From an uncultured Planctomycetaceae bacterium (GTDB lineage Bacteria > Planctomycetota > Planctomycetia > Isosphaerales > Isosphaeraceae), in the NCBI GenBank assembly GCA_963833985.1, contig CAWIAD010000002.1:6112001-6176000 (forward strand): DNA of 64,000 nucleotides. The letters are read 5' to 3'. This document shows, piece after piece, positions 20,451 to 32,625 of this stretch. Every line of letters starts with the position of its first letter. Position 1 is the first letter of the stretch. The translations under genes were made by a program, and so were the position numbers. The notes beneath the pieces were generated by a model. That model searched no databases and was not told where the DNA came from. It was given only the letters and a program-made list of their open reading frames with translations.

Positions 20451-22074
20451 CTAGCGATTCGCCGGTTCGGCGGGGAGCAGCGCGCACGGTATCGAGCGTG
20501 TCGGCCTCGGCGGCGGTCTTGTCGGTGCGCCAGCGGAGGATGCGGGGGAAACGTACGGCGACGCCGGACTTGTGCCGGTTCGAGCGGTTCAGCCCCTCGA
20601 AGGCCAGCTCGAAGACGAGCTCGGGCTTGACGGTGCGCACGGGACCGAACTTCTCGATCATGTTCTGCCGGACGAACGCGTCGACGCGGCGGATCTCCTC
20701 GTCGGTCAGGCCCGAATACGCCTTGGCAATCGGCACGAGCTGCCCGGTCGACGTGTCCCAGACGCCGAAGGTGTAGTCCGTGTACAGGCTCGCGCGCTTG
20801 CCGCTGCCGCGCTGGGCGAGGATCAGGACCGCATCGATCGTGTTCGGCTGCACCTTCCACTTCCACCAGTCGCCCCTGCGCCGGCCTACCCCGAAGGCGG
20901 ACCGCCGGCGCTTGAGCATGAGACCCTCCGCCTCTTGCTGCCGGCTGGAGATGCGTGCCTGTGCCAGCTCGTCCCAGGAGGCCGCGGCAACCGTGGGAGA
21001 GAGCCGCAGCCGGGCGGCGAGCGACGGGAACTCGCCGCGCAGCCCGGAGATGAGCGTCGCGAGTGCCTCTCTCCGCTCGTCCAGGGGACGGACACGAAGA
21101 TCGCTGCCGCCCGCTTCGATGAGGTCGTAGGCCATGATGATGACGGGAACCTGCGCCAGGATGGACCGGGTGACGGCCTTGCGGCCGATCCGCTTTTGCA
21201 GCATGGCGAACGGCAAGATCTTCTCGTCCTTGAAAGGAAGGATCTCGCCGTCGATCGCGGTTCCCTCGGGCAAGGCATCGCCCACCGCGGCCAGCTCGGG
21301 ATAGCGCTCGGTCACCAGCTCCTCGCCGCGCGACCAGAGAAACGTCTGTCCTCCGCGGCGAATGAGCTGGCTGCGGATGCCGTCCCATTTCCATTCGGCC
21401 TGCCACTCGTCGATGGTGCCGAGCGACTCGAGCGGGTCCTCGAGCGGATACGCCAGGAAGAACGGATAGGGCCGGCTCAGGTCGGCGTCGGCGGCATCGT
21501 GAACCAGCAGCCGCTCGAAGAACGAGGCGGTCGGCTCCCAGTCGCCCATGAGCCGGTGCGCCACCACGGCCGGCTCGATCTTGCCCACAAGGCCCAGGGC
21601 CCGGGTGACGAGCTGTTGCGAGACCCCGACGCGAAACGCGCCGCTGATCAGCTTGTTCCAGACGAAACGCTGCCTCGGGTCGAGCGACCTCCATGCGTCC
21701 AGGATCGCCTGCTGCTGCACCTCCACGGGCTTGCCGCGTAAGGCCAGCAGGCGCTGCTCGACCCAGTCGCTGAGCGGAAGGTCCGTGGACTGCCGGGGCG
21801 ACGGAAGCAAGAGCGCGATCGTCTCGGCAATGTCACCCACGGCGTCGTACGACTCCTGGAACAGCCACTCCGGAATACCGGCCTCGGCGATGGCCCAGGC
21901 GCGGAGTTTGGGCGTCGGGATCACCTGCCGGGGCTTGCGGCCGATCAGGAAGTAAACCGCCCAGGCCGCGTCCGCGGCGCTCGCACGGCCGAAATAGTCG
22001 ACCAGCGCCCGCACCTTCCCCGTGGTCTTCGTGGTCTCGTCAAGTGCGGCATAGAGGCTGGCGAAGGATTTCAT
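20451..22074 (-). CDS. ATP-dependent DNA ligase; likely indel near 20480
   Basis: Adenylation motif EWKWDGIR, plus IDGEIL, EGLMLK, WWKWK and RFPRILRWRTDK. The natural end is probably RALLPAEPANR* at 20451. Confidence 0.93.
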
Positions 22075-23169
22075 GATGGTTCCGGACCTGCCTCGGGTTT
22101 CATCTCGGAATCGGCCGTGGCCTCCGTTGGGCCGGTTGTCTCGGTCTCCTGGGCATCATCGCGTTCGCCGGTATACCGGGTGGCGATCACCTCGGCATTC
22201 TTGCCCTGCTCCTGGAGCCAGCGGGCAACCACCGACGTGTAGCCGTGAGTCAGCAGGATGCGCTCCGCTCCGGTGGCTTCGATGGAGTTCAGCAGGCTGG
22301 GCCAGTCGACATGATCGGAGAGGACGAATCCGCGATCGACGGACTTCCTCCGCCGGGTGCCGCGAATGCGCATCCAGCCTGAGGCGAAGCCGGTGGAGAG
22401 CGGGCCGAACTTGCGCGTCCAGGGAGTGCCCTGGGCCGACGGGGGCGCGACGATGAGCGCCGCGCGACCAGGATGTTTTCGGCACCGCCGCGCTGGCGTA
22501 GGTGGTTTCCGGCAAGGCCACGCCCGCCGCGCGGTAGGCCGCCGTCATGCCCTCCACGGCGCCGTGGGTGTAAATGGGGCCGGGCAACGCGCCCAGCGCA
22601 GCCAGTCCGGCGAGGATCCGCTGCGACTTGCCCAGCGCGTAGGCCAGGATCAGGCTCGCCTTGCCGGCCGCCTGGTTGGCCTGCCACCAGGCGCCGATCT
22701 CCTGGAATACCGTCCGCTGATCGGGCCAGCGGTACACCGGCAGACCGAACGTGGATTCGGAAATGAAGGTGTGGCAGCGGACCACCTCGAAGTCCGCGCA
22801 GGTCAGGTCGGGCTCGGTCTTGTAATCGCCCGAGACGACCCAGACCTCGCCGCGGTACTCCAGCCGCACCTGCGCCGAGCCCAGAATATGTCCCGCGGGA
22901 TGAAGCGAGACGCGGACGCCGCCGATGTCCACAGGTTCCCCGTAAGCCATGGTTTCGATGCGCGCGGTGTCACCGACGCGCGCCCTGAGCACGGTGCGTC
23001 CATCGTGCGCCGTCAGGTACGACTCGCAGCCCCCGCAGGCATGGTCCGCATGGGCATGCGTCACGATCGCCCGATCGACGGGCCGCCAGGGATCCACGTA
23101 GAAGCCCCCGGCCGAGCAGTAGAGCCCGACTTCGGTGGACTGGAGCAGCGACATTTCGCTCAGGTTCAT
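22071..23169 (-). CDS. Ligase-associated DNA damage response exonuclease (metallo-beta-lactamase fold); frameshift near 22460
   Basis: Motifs THAHADHA, PAGHILGSAQ, SGDYK and ESTFGLP; C-terminal part SGWMRIRG...GFVLSDHVDW...THGY. Confidence 0.9.
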
Positions 23170-23407
23170 GCCGGCATTATAGGCGTGGGGTGAAGCGGCC
23201 GTTGAGATCCGAGCCGCGCGCTGGACTGGTGGGAACACCTGGGCATACGTAGCCGTATCGTCAGGCCATCGGCCATCGGCATCCTCAACTTTTTCTGCTT
23301 GAATCAGCTCCGGCTCTCTGCTGAGATGCAGGTGAGGCCATTCCGGAGAACGAACTTAAGCATGAAAAACCTCTCATTCGAGAGGCTGTGCGCCGGGAGG
23401 ATCGTCC

Positions 23408-24815
23408 ATGAGAGAACCCGGGACAACCCTGGCGGGGCTGAACCGCCGCGCGCTCTTGGGTGGTGGAGTTGCGGCGACGCTCTCCGCCGCGGGCTATCGC
23501 CGGGTCCTCGGCGCGAACGAGCGCGTGGGCGTCGGCTTCATCGGGTTCGGTCTCATCGGCAAGCGGCACGTTCTGGACTTTCAGGCGCTGCCGGATGTCA
23601 ACCTCATGGGTGTGGCCGAGGCTCACACGGGACGGCTGGAGGAAGCCGCCGCCCTGATGGGTCCGCAGGCGCGCAAGTTCGGCGATTTCCGCACGCTGAT
23701 TGACGACCGCGACGTGGACGCCGTGGTCGTCTCGACGCCCGACCACTGGCACGCCCTGATGACGATGATGGCCTGCGCCGCGGGGAAGGACGTGTACGTT
23801 GAGAAGCCGCTCTCGCTGTTCATCCGCGAGGGCCGGTGGATGGTGGACGTTGCGCGACGCCAGGGGCGGGTCGTGCAGGTGGGCACGCAGCAGCGCTCCG
23901 GGCCGCACTACCAGAAGGCCCGGGAACTGGTGCAGAGCGGGCATATCGGCAAGGTCGTCGCCGTGCGGATGTGGACCTACCGGAACATCTTTCCGGGCTT
24001 CGGCTCGCCCCCCGACGACGCGCCGCCTCCGGAGCTCGATTACAACACATGGTTGGGTCCTGCTCCGTTGCGGTCGTACAACCCGAACCGGTCGCTCTAC
24101 CACTTTCGCTGGTTCTGGGATTACTCGGGGGGGCAGATGACCAACCTGGGACAGCACTCGCTCGATATCGTGCACTGGTTCCTGGGGGCGACCGCGCCCC
24201 ATGGCGTCACCAGCGAGGGAGGCCGGTTCACGCTCCGCGACAACGGAGAGACGCCCGATGTGCAGGACGCCCGGTTCGATCATGGAGACTGGTTCGCCAC
24301 CTGGTCCCACCGCGAATGCAGCCGGGGCGCGAGCCCCTACCGCGGCCTGGAGTTCTGCGGCACGCGCGGCAGCCTGACCATCTCGCGCCAGGGATTCGTG
24401 GTCACGCCCGACCCCGATCTTGCGCCGGAGAACGCGATCCCGCGGTTCGGCGGGCCGCAACCGCGGGGAGGCCCCAGGAGTGCCGGCCCGGCGCCTGCCA
24501 GCGGCTTCAAGACCGTGGCACTGAAGGACGCTTCCGGCAACGATCTCGACCAGTTCCGTCGCCATGCGCAACTTCATCGACTGCGTCAAGTCGCGGAAGG
24601 AACCGAACTCCGGGCTGGAGGCGGCACACCGCGTGGCGACCGCGTGCCACCTGGCGAACCTGTCGTTGCGGCTGGGCCGGCCGTTGCGCTGGGATGCGGA
24701 ACAGGAAGCGGTGATCGGCGACTCCGAGGCGAACGCCTGGCTGGAGCGGCCCTACCGGGCGCCCTGGGACGCGACGAAGAAGGCCCTGGTGGCCGAGAAA
24801 GGATCCAGTTCATGA
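23408..24815 (+). CDS. Gfo/Idh/MocA oxidoreductase with Tat-like N-terminus; frameshift near 24565
   Basis: Motifs NRRALL, VSTPDHWH, KDVYVEKP, QVGTQQRS and WDYSGG; tail NFIDCVKSRKEPN...CHLANLS. Confidence 0.9.
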
Positions 24816-25875
24816 ACAGGCGCACAATGCTCTCAAGCTGCGCCAGGCAGCGGGCACGCTGCTGGCAGCCAGGCCTGCGCTGGCCGGGGCGGGCACGCGG
24901 GCGCGCTCGTGCGGGCTGGTGATCCACTCCTACGCCGTGCACACGGCGGCCAGCCGCTCCTTGCCTGTCGCGGAACGCTTCTCCGACGCCGCGCGGTTCC
25001 TGGAGTACGGTCGTTCGCTGGGCGTCGGCGGAGTCCAGGTGGGTATCGGCCACCGCGACGAACAGGACGCCGAAGCCCTCCGCCGCCGTGCCGAGGAGGC
25101 GGATATGTACCTGGAGGGGATCGTCGCGCTGCCGAAAAGCCAGAGCGATCTGGATCGCTTCGAGGCCGAGATCCGCACCGCGAAACGCGCCGGGGTCACC
25201 GTGGTGCGGACGGTCATGTTGTCGGGCCGGCGATACGAGACCTTCGCCTCGCACGCCGCGTTCCGCCGATTTGCCGAGGAGGCTGCGCACGCGCTGAGCC
25301 TGGCCGTGCCGGTGGTCGCCCGGCATGATATCCGCCTGGCCGTCGAAAACCACAAGGACTGGCGGGCCGATGAGCTGATCTCCGTGCTGGACCGGCTGGG
25401 CAATGACCACGTCGGCATTTGCCTGGATACCGGCAACAGCATCGCGCTGCTGGAAGACCCGATGGAGGTGGTCGATGCGCTGGCGCCCCGAACCTTCACG
25501 ACCCACTTCAAGGACATGGCCGTCGAGGAGAGCCGTGACGGCTTCCTGCTGTCCGAGGTTCCTCTGGGTACGGGTCTCCTGGACATGCCGCGCGTGGTAC
25601 GAACCCTGCGGACCGCCGCGCCCGACGTCCACTTCAACCTGGAGATGATCACGCGCGACCCGCTGCCGGTGCCCTGCCTCACGGATCGCTACTGGGAGAC
25701 ATTCCCAGACCTGCCCGGCCGTCACCTGGCCCGCGCCTTGCGGATGGTCCGCGGCCATGTACCCGCCCGGGCGCTGCCGCGGACCAGCAAGCTGCCACTG
25801 CCCGAGCAGCTTCGTGCCGAGGATGACAACGTGAGCCTCTGCCTGGAGTTTGCGCGGCAGCATCTTGGCCTGTAA
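24812..25875 (+). CDS. Sugar phosphate isomerase/epimerase with Tat-like signal; indel(s) in the 5' part
   Basis: MNRRT start overlaps the upstream stop. Motifs LAVENHKD, CLDTGNS, THFKDM and NLEMIT. Confidence 0.85.
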
Positions 25876-25914
25876 GGGGCAAACGCTTCCGCCGGCCAGT
25901 CGGATGAGGATCCC

Positions 25915-26500
25915 TCAATACGGCACACCCGCCAGGCGGGCCGCCTTGAGGGCGTGGGCGTACCATTCCAGCTCGCTCAGGAAGCGCGCGGCGCGCTGGT
26001 GATAGGCGTCGTCGTGGGGACGGCCCTGCTCGTCGAACGCGTCCTGCACGCGTGGGATGGGCAGCAGCGAGGGGATGCTCGGTGTGCCCAGCTCGCAGAG
26101 CATCGCGCGGAGCTGCATCGCGGCGCGCACGCCCCCGAAGGCCCCGGCCGAGTAACAGGCTATCGCCGAGGGGCGCCAGAAATACTCCTCCAGGAAGTGG
26201 TCCAGCAAGTTGGAGAGAGCCGGGGGAATGCTGTGGTTGTATTCGCCGCAGACGATGAGGAATGCATCGGCCTGACGAATCGCCTCGGCCAGGCTCTTCG
26301 AGCACCTCGGGGGCGTGCCCCTTCTCGTACTCCTTGTACATCTTCCCCAGCAATGGAAGCCGCCGCTCGAGCGGGTCGATAAGCGTTGCCTGGTGCCCCC
26401 GCGCCTTGCAGGCATCGACCAGGAATCGCGCTGCACGGATTCCTTGCCGCTGTGGGCGAACCGAACCATAAACGACGAGAAGATTCAGCGCATCGGCCAT
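25915..26500 (-). CDS. NADPH-dependent FMN reductase; frameshift near 26295
   Basis: Motifs VVYGSVRPQRQG, EYNHSIPPALSNLLD and YSAGAFGGVRAA. Confidence 0.9.
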
Positions 26501-26559
26501 GATCGGCTCCCACTGCCCAGGGCGGCTTCGCGGTGCACCTTCCTGTCCCACGGCAGGCG

Positions 26560-27126
26560 TCACACCAGCGGGTGCAGGCCGGCGTGACGACGGCGGTCGT
26601 TGACCAGGGCAAAGGCCCGCGGCTCTTCTTTCACGAACTTGACCAGTTGCGACGGCGAGCAGCCAAGCAGGGAGGCTGCCTGCCTGGGATCGTAGCCGCT
26701 GGCCGCTAGCACGTCGAGCGCCTCGGCCAGAAGTCCGGGAAAGTCGTCGTGATCGGGGTTGATCACGATGCGGCCGCCCGGGCAGCGTCGTTTCCAGAGC
26801 GCGCTGGGCTCATACGGGGCGAGCTCTCCGGAGGTGATCTGCGCGCGGACCTCCAGCGCCAGCCTGAGACGAAGGCGGAACAGGGCCGCCCGGCGGTTCT
26901 CTCCCTGGGTGCGCCGTTCCGAGGCCTCGGCGCTGAGCCCCGTGGGGCGGTGCGTCAGGATGACCGCCGTCTCCACCTTGTTGCGGTTCTGCCCGCCTGG
27001 TCCGGACCGCCGCGTGGTGCGAAGCTCGCACTGCCTGGTCAGCTCATCGCTGTGGAGCCGGGCGGGATGCAGGTTCCCGGCATCACTTCGACCTTGCGGG
27101 GGATGCGTGGAATGTCGCGGGGTCAT
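26560..27126 (-). CDS. Peptide chain release factor-like (RF-1/GGQ domain) protein
   Basis: Motif RRSGPGGQNRNKVETAVILTHRPTG...ERRTQGENR; start uncertain. Confidence 0.85.
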   Translation of the reverse strand: MTPRHSTHPPQGRSDAGNLHPARLHSDELTRQCELRTTRRSGPGGQNRNKVETAVILTHRPTGLSAEASERRTQGENRRAALFRLRLRLALEVRAQITSGELAPYEPSALWKRRCPGGRIVINPDHDDFPGLLAEALDVLAASGYDPRQAASLLGCSPSQLVKFVKEEPRAFALVNDRRRHAGLHPLV

Positions 27127-27196
27127 GACGCCCATGGTGCAGCAAAAGGGGCGCTGGTGCAACGCGCCCCGCCGTTCCTTGCCGGCCGGTGGCTTC

Positions 27197-28180
27197 TCAG
27201 AAGGAATCGCCGCTGATGATTTCACCTCCCTGGGTGGTGCTGAGCGCCCGCCACGTGAACAGGTTGATGCTGTTCCGGATGTTCCGGACGCTCCCATCAG
27301 CCATCCCGACGTTCACTCCTCCCGGATGCCGGCTGCGCGCGGCGTTGGTGATGGACACGATCGACGGCGCCTGAATGCAGGGAGGGTTGTTCAGGTTCGG
27401 ATAATTGCAGTATCCCTGGCTCTGCATGAGGTCGGGCAACGTGCTGTTCGGGCCAAGGTACGCTTCGAACGCGGCCCCTTCGAACCACCAGGAGAAGCCC
27501 CGCAGATCGTAGCCCTGCCCGACGATCACTTCCGAGGTGAGCATGGTGTTGCTCAACCCGTCGGTGATGGCGCTCAGCCGGATGATGCCGCCAATGGCCG
27601 CGGGCGATGTGGAGGAGCCGTAAATGGCCGTGACCGGAGAGCCGATATCGGTGAACGGCGCCCCCAGAAACACGACGCCGTCGAGCGTGGTGTCCTGCGT
27701 GGCCGAGGTGTTGCCAAAATTCACGACATAATTCTGCGAGGTGACCGGCCAGCTCTGGCCGCCGACGAGACTCGTGTTACCGCCGTCGGACGGGCAATAG
27801 TAGCTGCTCACCCGCGTCGAGCTGACCGTCAGGTTCGTCGGGCCGCCGTAACGGAACGGCGAATCAAAGTTGCCGCCCCAGATATTATTGCCCGAAAAGT
27901 TCCAGCTATCGTACAGGGTGTTCTGTTCGAGGTACGGCATGACGTAGATCAGCCAGGTGCCCCAGCAGCAACCCTTCCATCCCGGTGGCGTGGTGTCCGT
28001 CACGGTGGCGTAGTTGTGCATGGCCAGGCCAATCTGCTTCAGGTTGTTGGCGCACTGGGCGCGTCGGGCTGCCTCGCGGGCCGACTGCACGGCAGGCAAG
28101 ATGAGCGCGATCAGGACGGCAATGATCGCAATGACGACCAGCAACTCAATCAGGGTGAACCCCCTGGGGCGGAATCTCAT
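27197..28180 (-). CDS. DUF1559 pilin-like protein
   Basis: Motifs [34 protein letters not shown] and [14 protein letters not shown]. Confidence 0.95.
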   Translation of the reverse strand: MRFRPRGFTLIELLVVIAIIAVLIALILPAVQSAREAARRAQCANNLKQIGLAMHNYATVTDTTPPGWKGCCWGTWLIYVMPYLEQNTLYDSWNFSGNNIWGGNFDSPFRYGGPTNLTVSSTRVSSYYCPSDGGNTSLVGGQSWPVTSQNYVVNFGNTSATQDTTLDGVVFLGAPFTDIGSPVTAIYGSSTSPAAIGGIIRLSAITDGLSNTMLTSEVIVGQGYDLRGFSWWFEGAAFEAYLGPNSTLPDLMQSQGYCNYPNLNNPPCIQAPSIVSITNAARSRHPGGVNVGMADGSVRNIRNSINLFTWRALSTTQGGEIISGDSF

Positions 28181-28389
28181 GGTCTGCGTTCTCCACTACG
28201 ATGTGCGCGAAAGCGAAAGGTCCGTCGAGCGATCCGCCGCATGGCATTCGGAAAGGTCTGGATGAGATTCATCCGATCCTTCGGCAGCGAGCGGAACGAG
28301 AGATGAGACGAACTTCCACGCGCGCTGGTCTGAACAAGGCGAATGCACGGATTGCGCGTGGCGGACCGGGGGGCGCGGCGGGCCGGCTT

Positions 28390-29420
28390 TCAAGCCGCGG
28401 GGAGTTCCGCCATCCAGGTCGAGAGATCCGAGATGTTCGCCGTACCGGTTGTGCCGATCTGATGGATGACGACGGAGGAAGCGACCGCGGCCAGCTCGAT
28501 CGCTTCCCGCAACGAGGCGCCCGAGGAGAGCGCGCTGGCGAGGTTGGCCGTGACGGCGTCGCCCGCGCCGACGATGTCGATGGGACCGCGGACGCGCAAG
28601 GCTGGAACATGCTCCCGCAAGCCGTCCGCCGCAGCCCCCACGATGCCCTGCTCGGCAAGGGTCACGAAGATCGGCCGGCCATTGCGGCGTGCCAGCTCCA
28701 GCGCCTTGCCGGCGGCCTGATCCGGTGCGGCCACCCGATCGCCTCCGGTAAGCAGCGCCAGTTCGGCGGCGTTCATCTTGAAGCTCAGCCTGGGCCAGCC
28801 CGCCAACCCGCGGCGCGAGTCTGCAAGGATCGGCAGATCGGGCCGCTCGTCCGCAAGCTGGCCGATTGCCCTGAGCAGGTCGTGAGTGACGACCCCGGTC
28901 TCCGCCTGATCGACCTGCTCCAGGACGATCAGGGCGTCGATGTCCGGGGCCATGGCGCGGAGGCCCGCGGCCAGCCGGTCGACGAGAGCCTGCGGTGTAG
29001 GCGTCCAGTTCTTGGAATCGAGGCGGTTCAGCTCGACGGGTTCGCGGCCGGGCTCGACGACCAGCGGCTTGCAATAGGTGAAGGTGCGCCGCAAGGGCGT
29101 GGTGATGAAGTGCCCGAGATCGATTCCGGGCTGCCTGGCCAGCTCGCGGCGCAGCTCATAGCCCTCACCGTCGTCGCCGCAGAAGCTGACCGGCAGGATG
29201 CGGCCGACACCGAGGGCAACCAGGTTGTTGAGGATCGTGCCGGCGCCGCCGGGCTGTGCGCGCACCCGCGTCACGTTGTGCACCGGCAGGCCCGTCTCGA
29301 TAGACGTCTCCGCGCGCGCGGGTCGATCTCGAGGTAGCGGTCAAGGCAGAAATCTCCCGCGATCGCGATCCGCAGCGCGGCGTACTTCGACGTGATCGCG
29401 GCGAATCGCTCCGGTGTCAT
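28390..29420 (-). CDS. PfkB carbohydrate kinase (HldA/RfaE-kinase-like); frameshift near 29315
   Basis: Motifs IAIAGDFCLDRY, PGGAG and DIVGAGD. Confidence 0.85.
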
Positions 29421-30524
29421 CCCTCGAGCGCCTGGTGAAAAAGGGTGTGCAGGAACAGGGCGTTGTCGCACTGGTGGTACTGCATCGCGCCGCCCATCCG
29501 GGAGTAGCTCTTGCAGAACCGCAGGTAGTAGGCGGGATTGGTTTTGGGAGGCTCGCCCGCGGACCAGTCCCATTGGCCCCCGTCCTGAAGGTCCACCACG
29601 TGGATCGTGTGCCCGGCGACAATCGGCCGCCCATCCTGAAGCCGCAGGTTGTTCACGCAACTGAGGATCTTCTCGAAGATCTGCGGTCCCATTATCGCCG
29701 AGCCGATGGACAGGACCACCCCGCCGTCAAGCGTCTCGACGGACCCACCCAGGAGCCGGAAATCCAGAGCGGCCGCGCGACCGACGACGGAACCGCTGAA
29801 GATGGGGTGATTGGCGGTGATGTCGTAACCAATGCCCGGGTGCACGGTCATCGGCACCTGGAATCGAAACGCCTGGGCCAGGATGGATGCTTCCTTCCAG
29901 CGGTGGGTCACCGCGGTGCGTCCGGCCGCGAGGCCGTACCGGCGCATGGCCCAGAGCGCGTCGGCACGCGCCGGAGTGAGCCGATGTCCGGGCTCGGCCC
30001 GGATGGCTTCCTCCAGTTCGCCCGCCGCTGGCAGCGTGGCTCCGTCCTCGGCGATGAGACGGCCCAGCGCGGTTCCGTAGCCTTCCTCGCGCAGCCCGCC
30101 GGCGATGAGAGCGAGGTGGAGGTTGCGGCTGGTCTCATCCCAGGCGCCGAAGGTTCCGGCCGCAACGCCCGCGCGACACGTTCTCGGTTGAGCGGCCCAG
30201 CCAGGCGTACTCCCAGTCATGAATTGTGCCGGCCCCGTTCGTGGCCAGATGGGTGATCCAGCCGCGCTCCATCATGGCCCCGAGGATGCGCGCGGTGCCG
30301 TTACGAACCAGGTGCGCGCCGTAGATCAGCAGGACCCCTGCCCCGCTGGCCCTGGCCTCGAGGATCTGGCCGGCGCAGCGCTGGATGGGCTCGAGCACGC
30401 CTGGCGGGCAGGGCGCGGCCGGCGCTTCGGGGTCGATCAGGATGTCCTCGACGCGCGTCAGGCTGTCGCGCTCGGCCAGCGGGCGCACCTGGAGACGATC
30501 GAGATTCAGCAGCTTGATGTTCAT
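29417..30524 (-). CDS. Conserved hypothetical protein, possibly deoxyhypusine-synthase-like fold; frameshift near 30175
   Basis: Motifs YGAHLVRNG, THLATNGAGTIHDWE, PMTVHPGIGYDI and SIGSAIMGP; overlaps both neighbours by 4 nt. Confidence 0.65.
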
Positions 30525-31351
30525 CGCTGGAATATCAGCTCGAGCAGTGGAGAGGCGTCGCGGAAGTCAGGGATCACCACGTCGGCGCCCACGCCCGAGA
30601 GCCGCTCGCGCTTCCAGTCGTCCATCCGGCCCGAGCCGTTGTTGGCCTCGTCGCTGGCGACGGCCACGGCCAGACCGCCGGCCTCCCTGGTGTTCTCGAT
30701 CTCCACGTACCCGTCGCCGAAGGAGAGAAGCTGCTCGCCCCGGATGCCGTTCTCGCGGATGATCCGTTCGATGACCATCTTCTTCGAGAAGGTCTTGTAA
30801 TCGTCCTGGGCACCGTAGATCCGCGGTCCGAAGTACGGCACCAGGCCCAGCAGTTCGGCCTCCTGCTTGACGAAGACCCCGTCGGTACCGCTCGCCAGGT
30901 ACAGGGGCAGGCCGCGCGCCTTGAGGTTTTCCAGCAGACCTCGCGCTCCATGCACGAGCAAGTCGTCGGGCGGAATGGTTCCCCGTCTCAGGCCGTCGAG
31001 CCGGTCCTTGATCCGGAGGTCGAGCCGGCGCAGATACTCATGCTTGTACCAGAGCGGGTCCTTCGGTTCGCCGCCCCGCTCGCGGATCCGCCCGGCAAGC
31101 TGCATCATCTGGTAAATGGTCTGCTTGCCGTTGAGGTGCATGATGTCCTCGAACGCGAGCTTGCTGCGATCGGCCTCCGTCTCGCCGGGGAGCGCGGGCA
31201 GCACCTCCGTGAACATCGGCACCATGACCTCGGGCCAGCCCTGGCGGATCAGCGACAGCGTCCCGTCAAAGTCGAACAGGACATGGCTGATGCCGGGCCT
31301 GGGCGCGAACGACGGTTGAAGAATCACCTGACCGGAGAACTCGAGCTTCAT
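30521..31351 (-). CDS. HAD-family hydrolase
   Basis: Motif I FDFDGTL, motif II LASGT and motif IV FGDGYVE. Confidence 0.9.
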   Translation of the reverse strand: MKLEFSGQVILQPSFAPRPGISHVLFDFDGTLSLIRQGWPEVMVPMFTEVLPALPGETEADRSKLAFEDIMHLNGKQTIYQMMQLAGRIRERGGEPKDPLWYKHEYLRRLDLRIKDRLDGLRRGTIPPDDLLVHGARGLLENLKARGLPLYLASGTDGVFVKQEAELLGLVPYFGPRIYGAQDDYKTFSKKMVIERIIRENGIRGEQLLSFGDGYVEIENTREAGGLAVAVASDEANNGSGRMDDWKRERLSGVGADVVIPDFRDASPLLELIFQR

Positions 31352-31596
31352 CGCGCAGGAACTCCCGCCATGGCCGAGATACAGATCCACCTCAACCTAT
31401 CCGAGCCGGCCACGCGAATCAAGCAAGCGAAAATGCCGCCGGGCGACCGCTGAGGGCTGTCCGACCCGGGGCTGTCCACCCCCCCAGCAACTTGCCGCCA
31501 CCGCGGGAGACCTGTAGCCTGATAAGGGGCGGGCCGATGACCGAAGGGTGATGGCTCCCGGCCGCGGCGCCCGCCCGGGAGACATGATTCCCGCGG

Positions 31597-32625
31597 ATGG
31601 ACCGTGCCCGTTGGAAGAAGCGACTGATCGTCCTGGTCAAGGCGCTGGTGGCCCTGCTCGTGCTCTGGGGGGTGGGGCGGCATGTGCTGCGCACCTGGCA
31701 TGACTTGAGGAGCCATCAGGTCTCGATCGAGCCCCACCCGTTCTACCTGGTACTCTCAGGGCTCGTTTACTTGGCAGGTTTGTCTTGCTGTGCGTTCTTC
31801 TATGAAGACATTCTCAGCGCGAGTGCAACGCCAATCCGCTCGCTTCCCGCGTACCGGGCCTACCTGGTGAGCCATCTCGGGAAGTACGTGCCCGGCAAGG
31901 CCATGGTCGTGGTGATGCGCGCGGCGATGTCTGCGACTCATGGGGCCCGGCCGGCCACTGCGGCCATTGCCACGTTCTATGAGACCCTGGTGATGATGGC
32001 GGCGGGGAGCCTGGTGGCCGCGCTCGGCTTCGCGCTGGCGGGGCCGTCGCCTGTCCTCTCGCTGACGCTGCCGTGGCTCGGGCGTCTTGAGTTGCCTTTC
32101 CACCTGCTGGCCGGATTGCTTGGCCTGGGACTGGGGCTGGCATTCCTCCTCGTGGTGCTGCCCCCCTGCTTCCGCCGACTGGCCATGGTTGTGAGTATGC
32201 CCATGCCCGGCGTGGGTCCCGACGCCCTGCCCAGGCTCTCCGCCGGGTTACTGGCACGCGGGCTGGGGCGCGGGGTGGCGTCCTGGTTGCTCCTGGGCTT
32301 GAGCCAGATCCTGGTGGTCCGCGGGCTCGTTCCCGCGACCCGGTTCGAGTTCTGGAGCGTGGCGGCCGTGGTGGTGGCCAGCGTCGCGCTGGCCACCGTG
32401 GCGGGGTTCGTGGTCGCGGTGCTGCCCGGCGGCCTGGGCGTCCGCGAGGGTGTGCTCATGTTCGCATTCGGGCCGGTGTTCGGGCAGGACCTCGCGGTCG
32501 TGGCGGCCCTGGCGCTGCGGCTGGTCTGGGTGGCCGCCGAGGTCGTGGCGGCCGCGTTGCTTTCCGGCCCCTGGTTCGGCTCAAGGGATGCGGCTTTACC
32601 GACCGAGGGTCCGGGTCTGGCATGA
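31597..32625 (+). CDS. Lysylphosphatidylglycerol-synthase TM / flippase-like membrane protein
   Basis: Multi-TM; motifs LGKYVPGK and PGGLGVREG. Confidence 0.85.
   Translation: MDRARWKKRLIVLVKALVALLVLWGVGRHVLRTWHDLRSHQVSIEPHPFYLVLSGLVYLAGLSCCAFFYEDILSASATPIRSLPAYRAYLVSHLGKYVPGKAMVVVMRAAMSATHGARPATAAIATFYETLVMMAAGSLVAALGFALAGPSPVLSLTLPWLGRLELPFHLLAGLLGLGLGLAFLLVVLPPCFRRLAMVVSMPMPGVGPDALPRLSAGLLARGLGRGVASWLLLGLSQILVVRGLVPATRFEFWSVAAVVVASVALATVAGFVVAVLPGGLGVREGVLMFAFGPVFGQDLAVVAALALRLVWVAAEVVAAALLSGPWFGSRDAALPTEGPGLA

Noticed and set aside
28181..28389. Possible riboswitch upstream of the second DUF1559 gene
   Set aside because: Only a short hairpin (GGATGA-GAT-TCATCC) is visible, with no aptamer consensus I can recognise.
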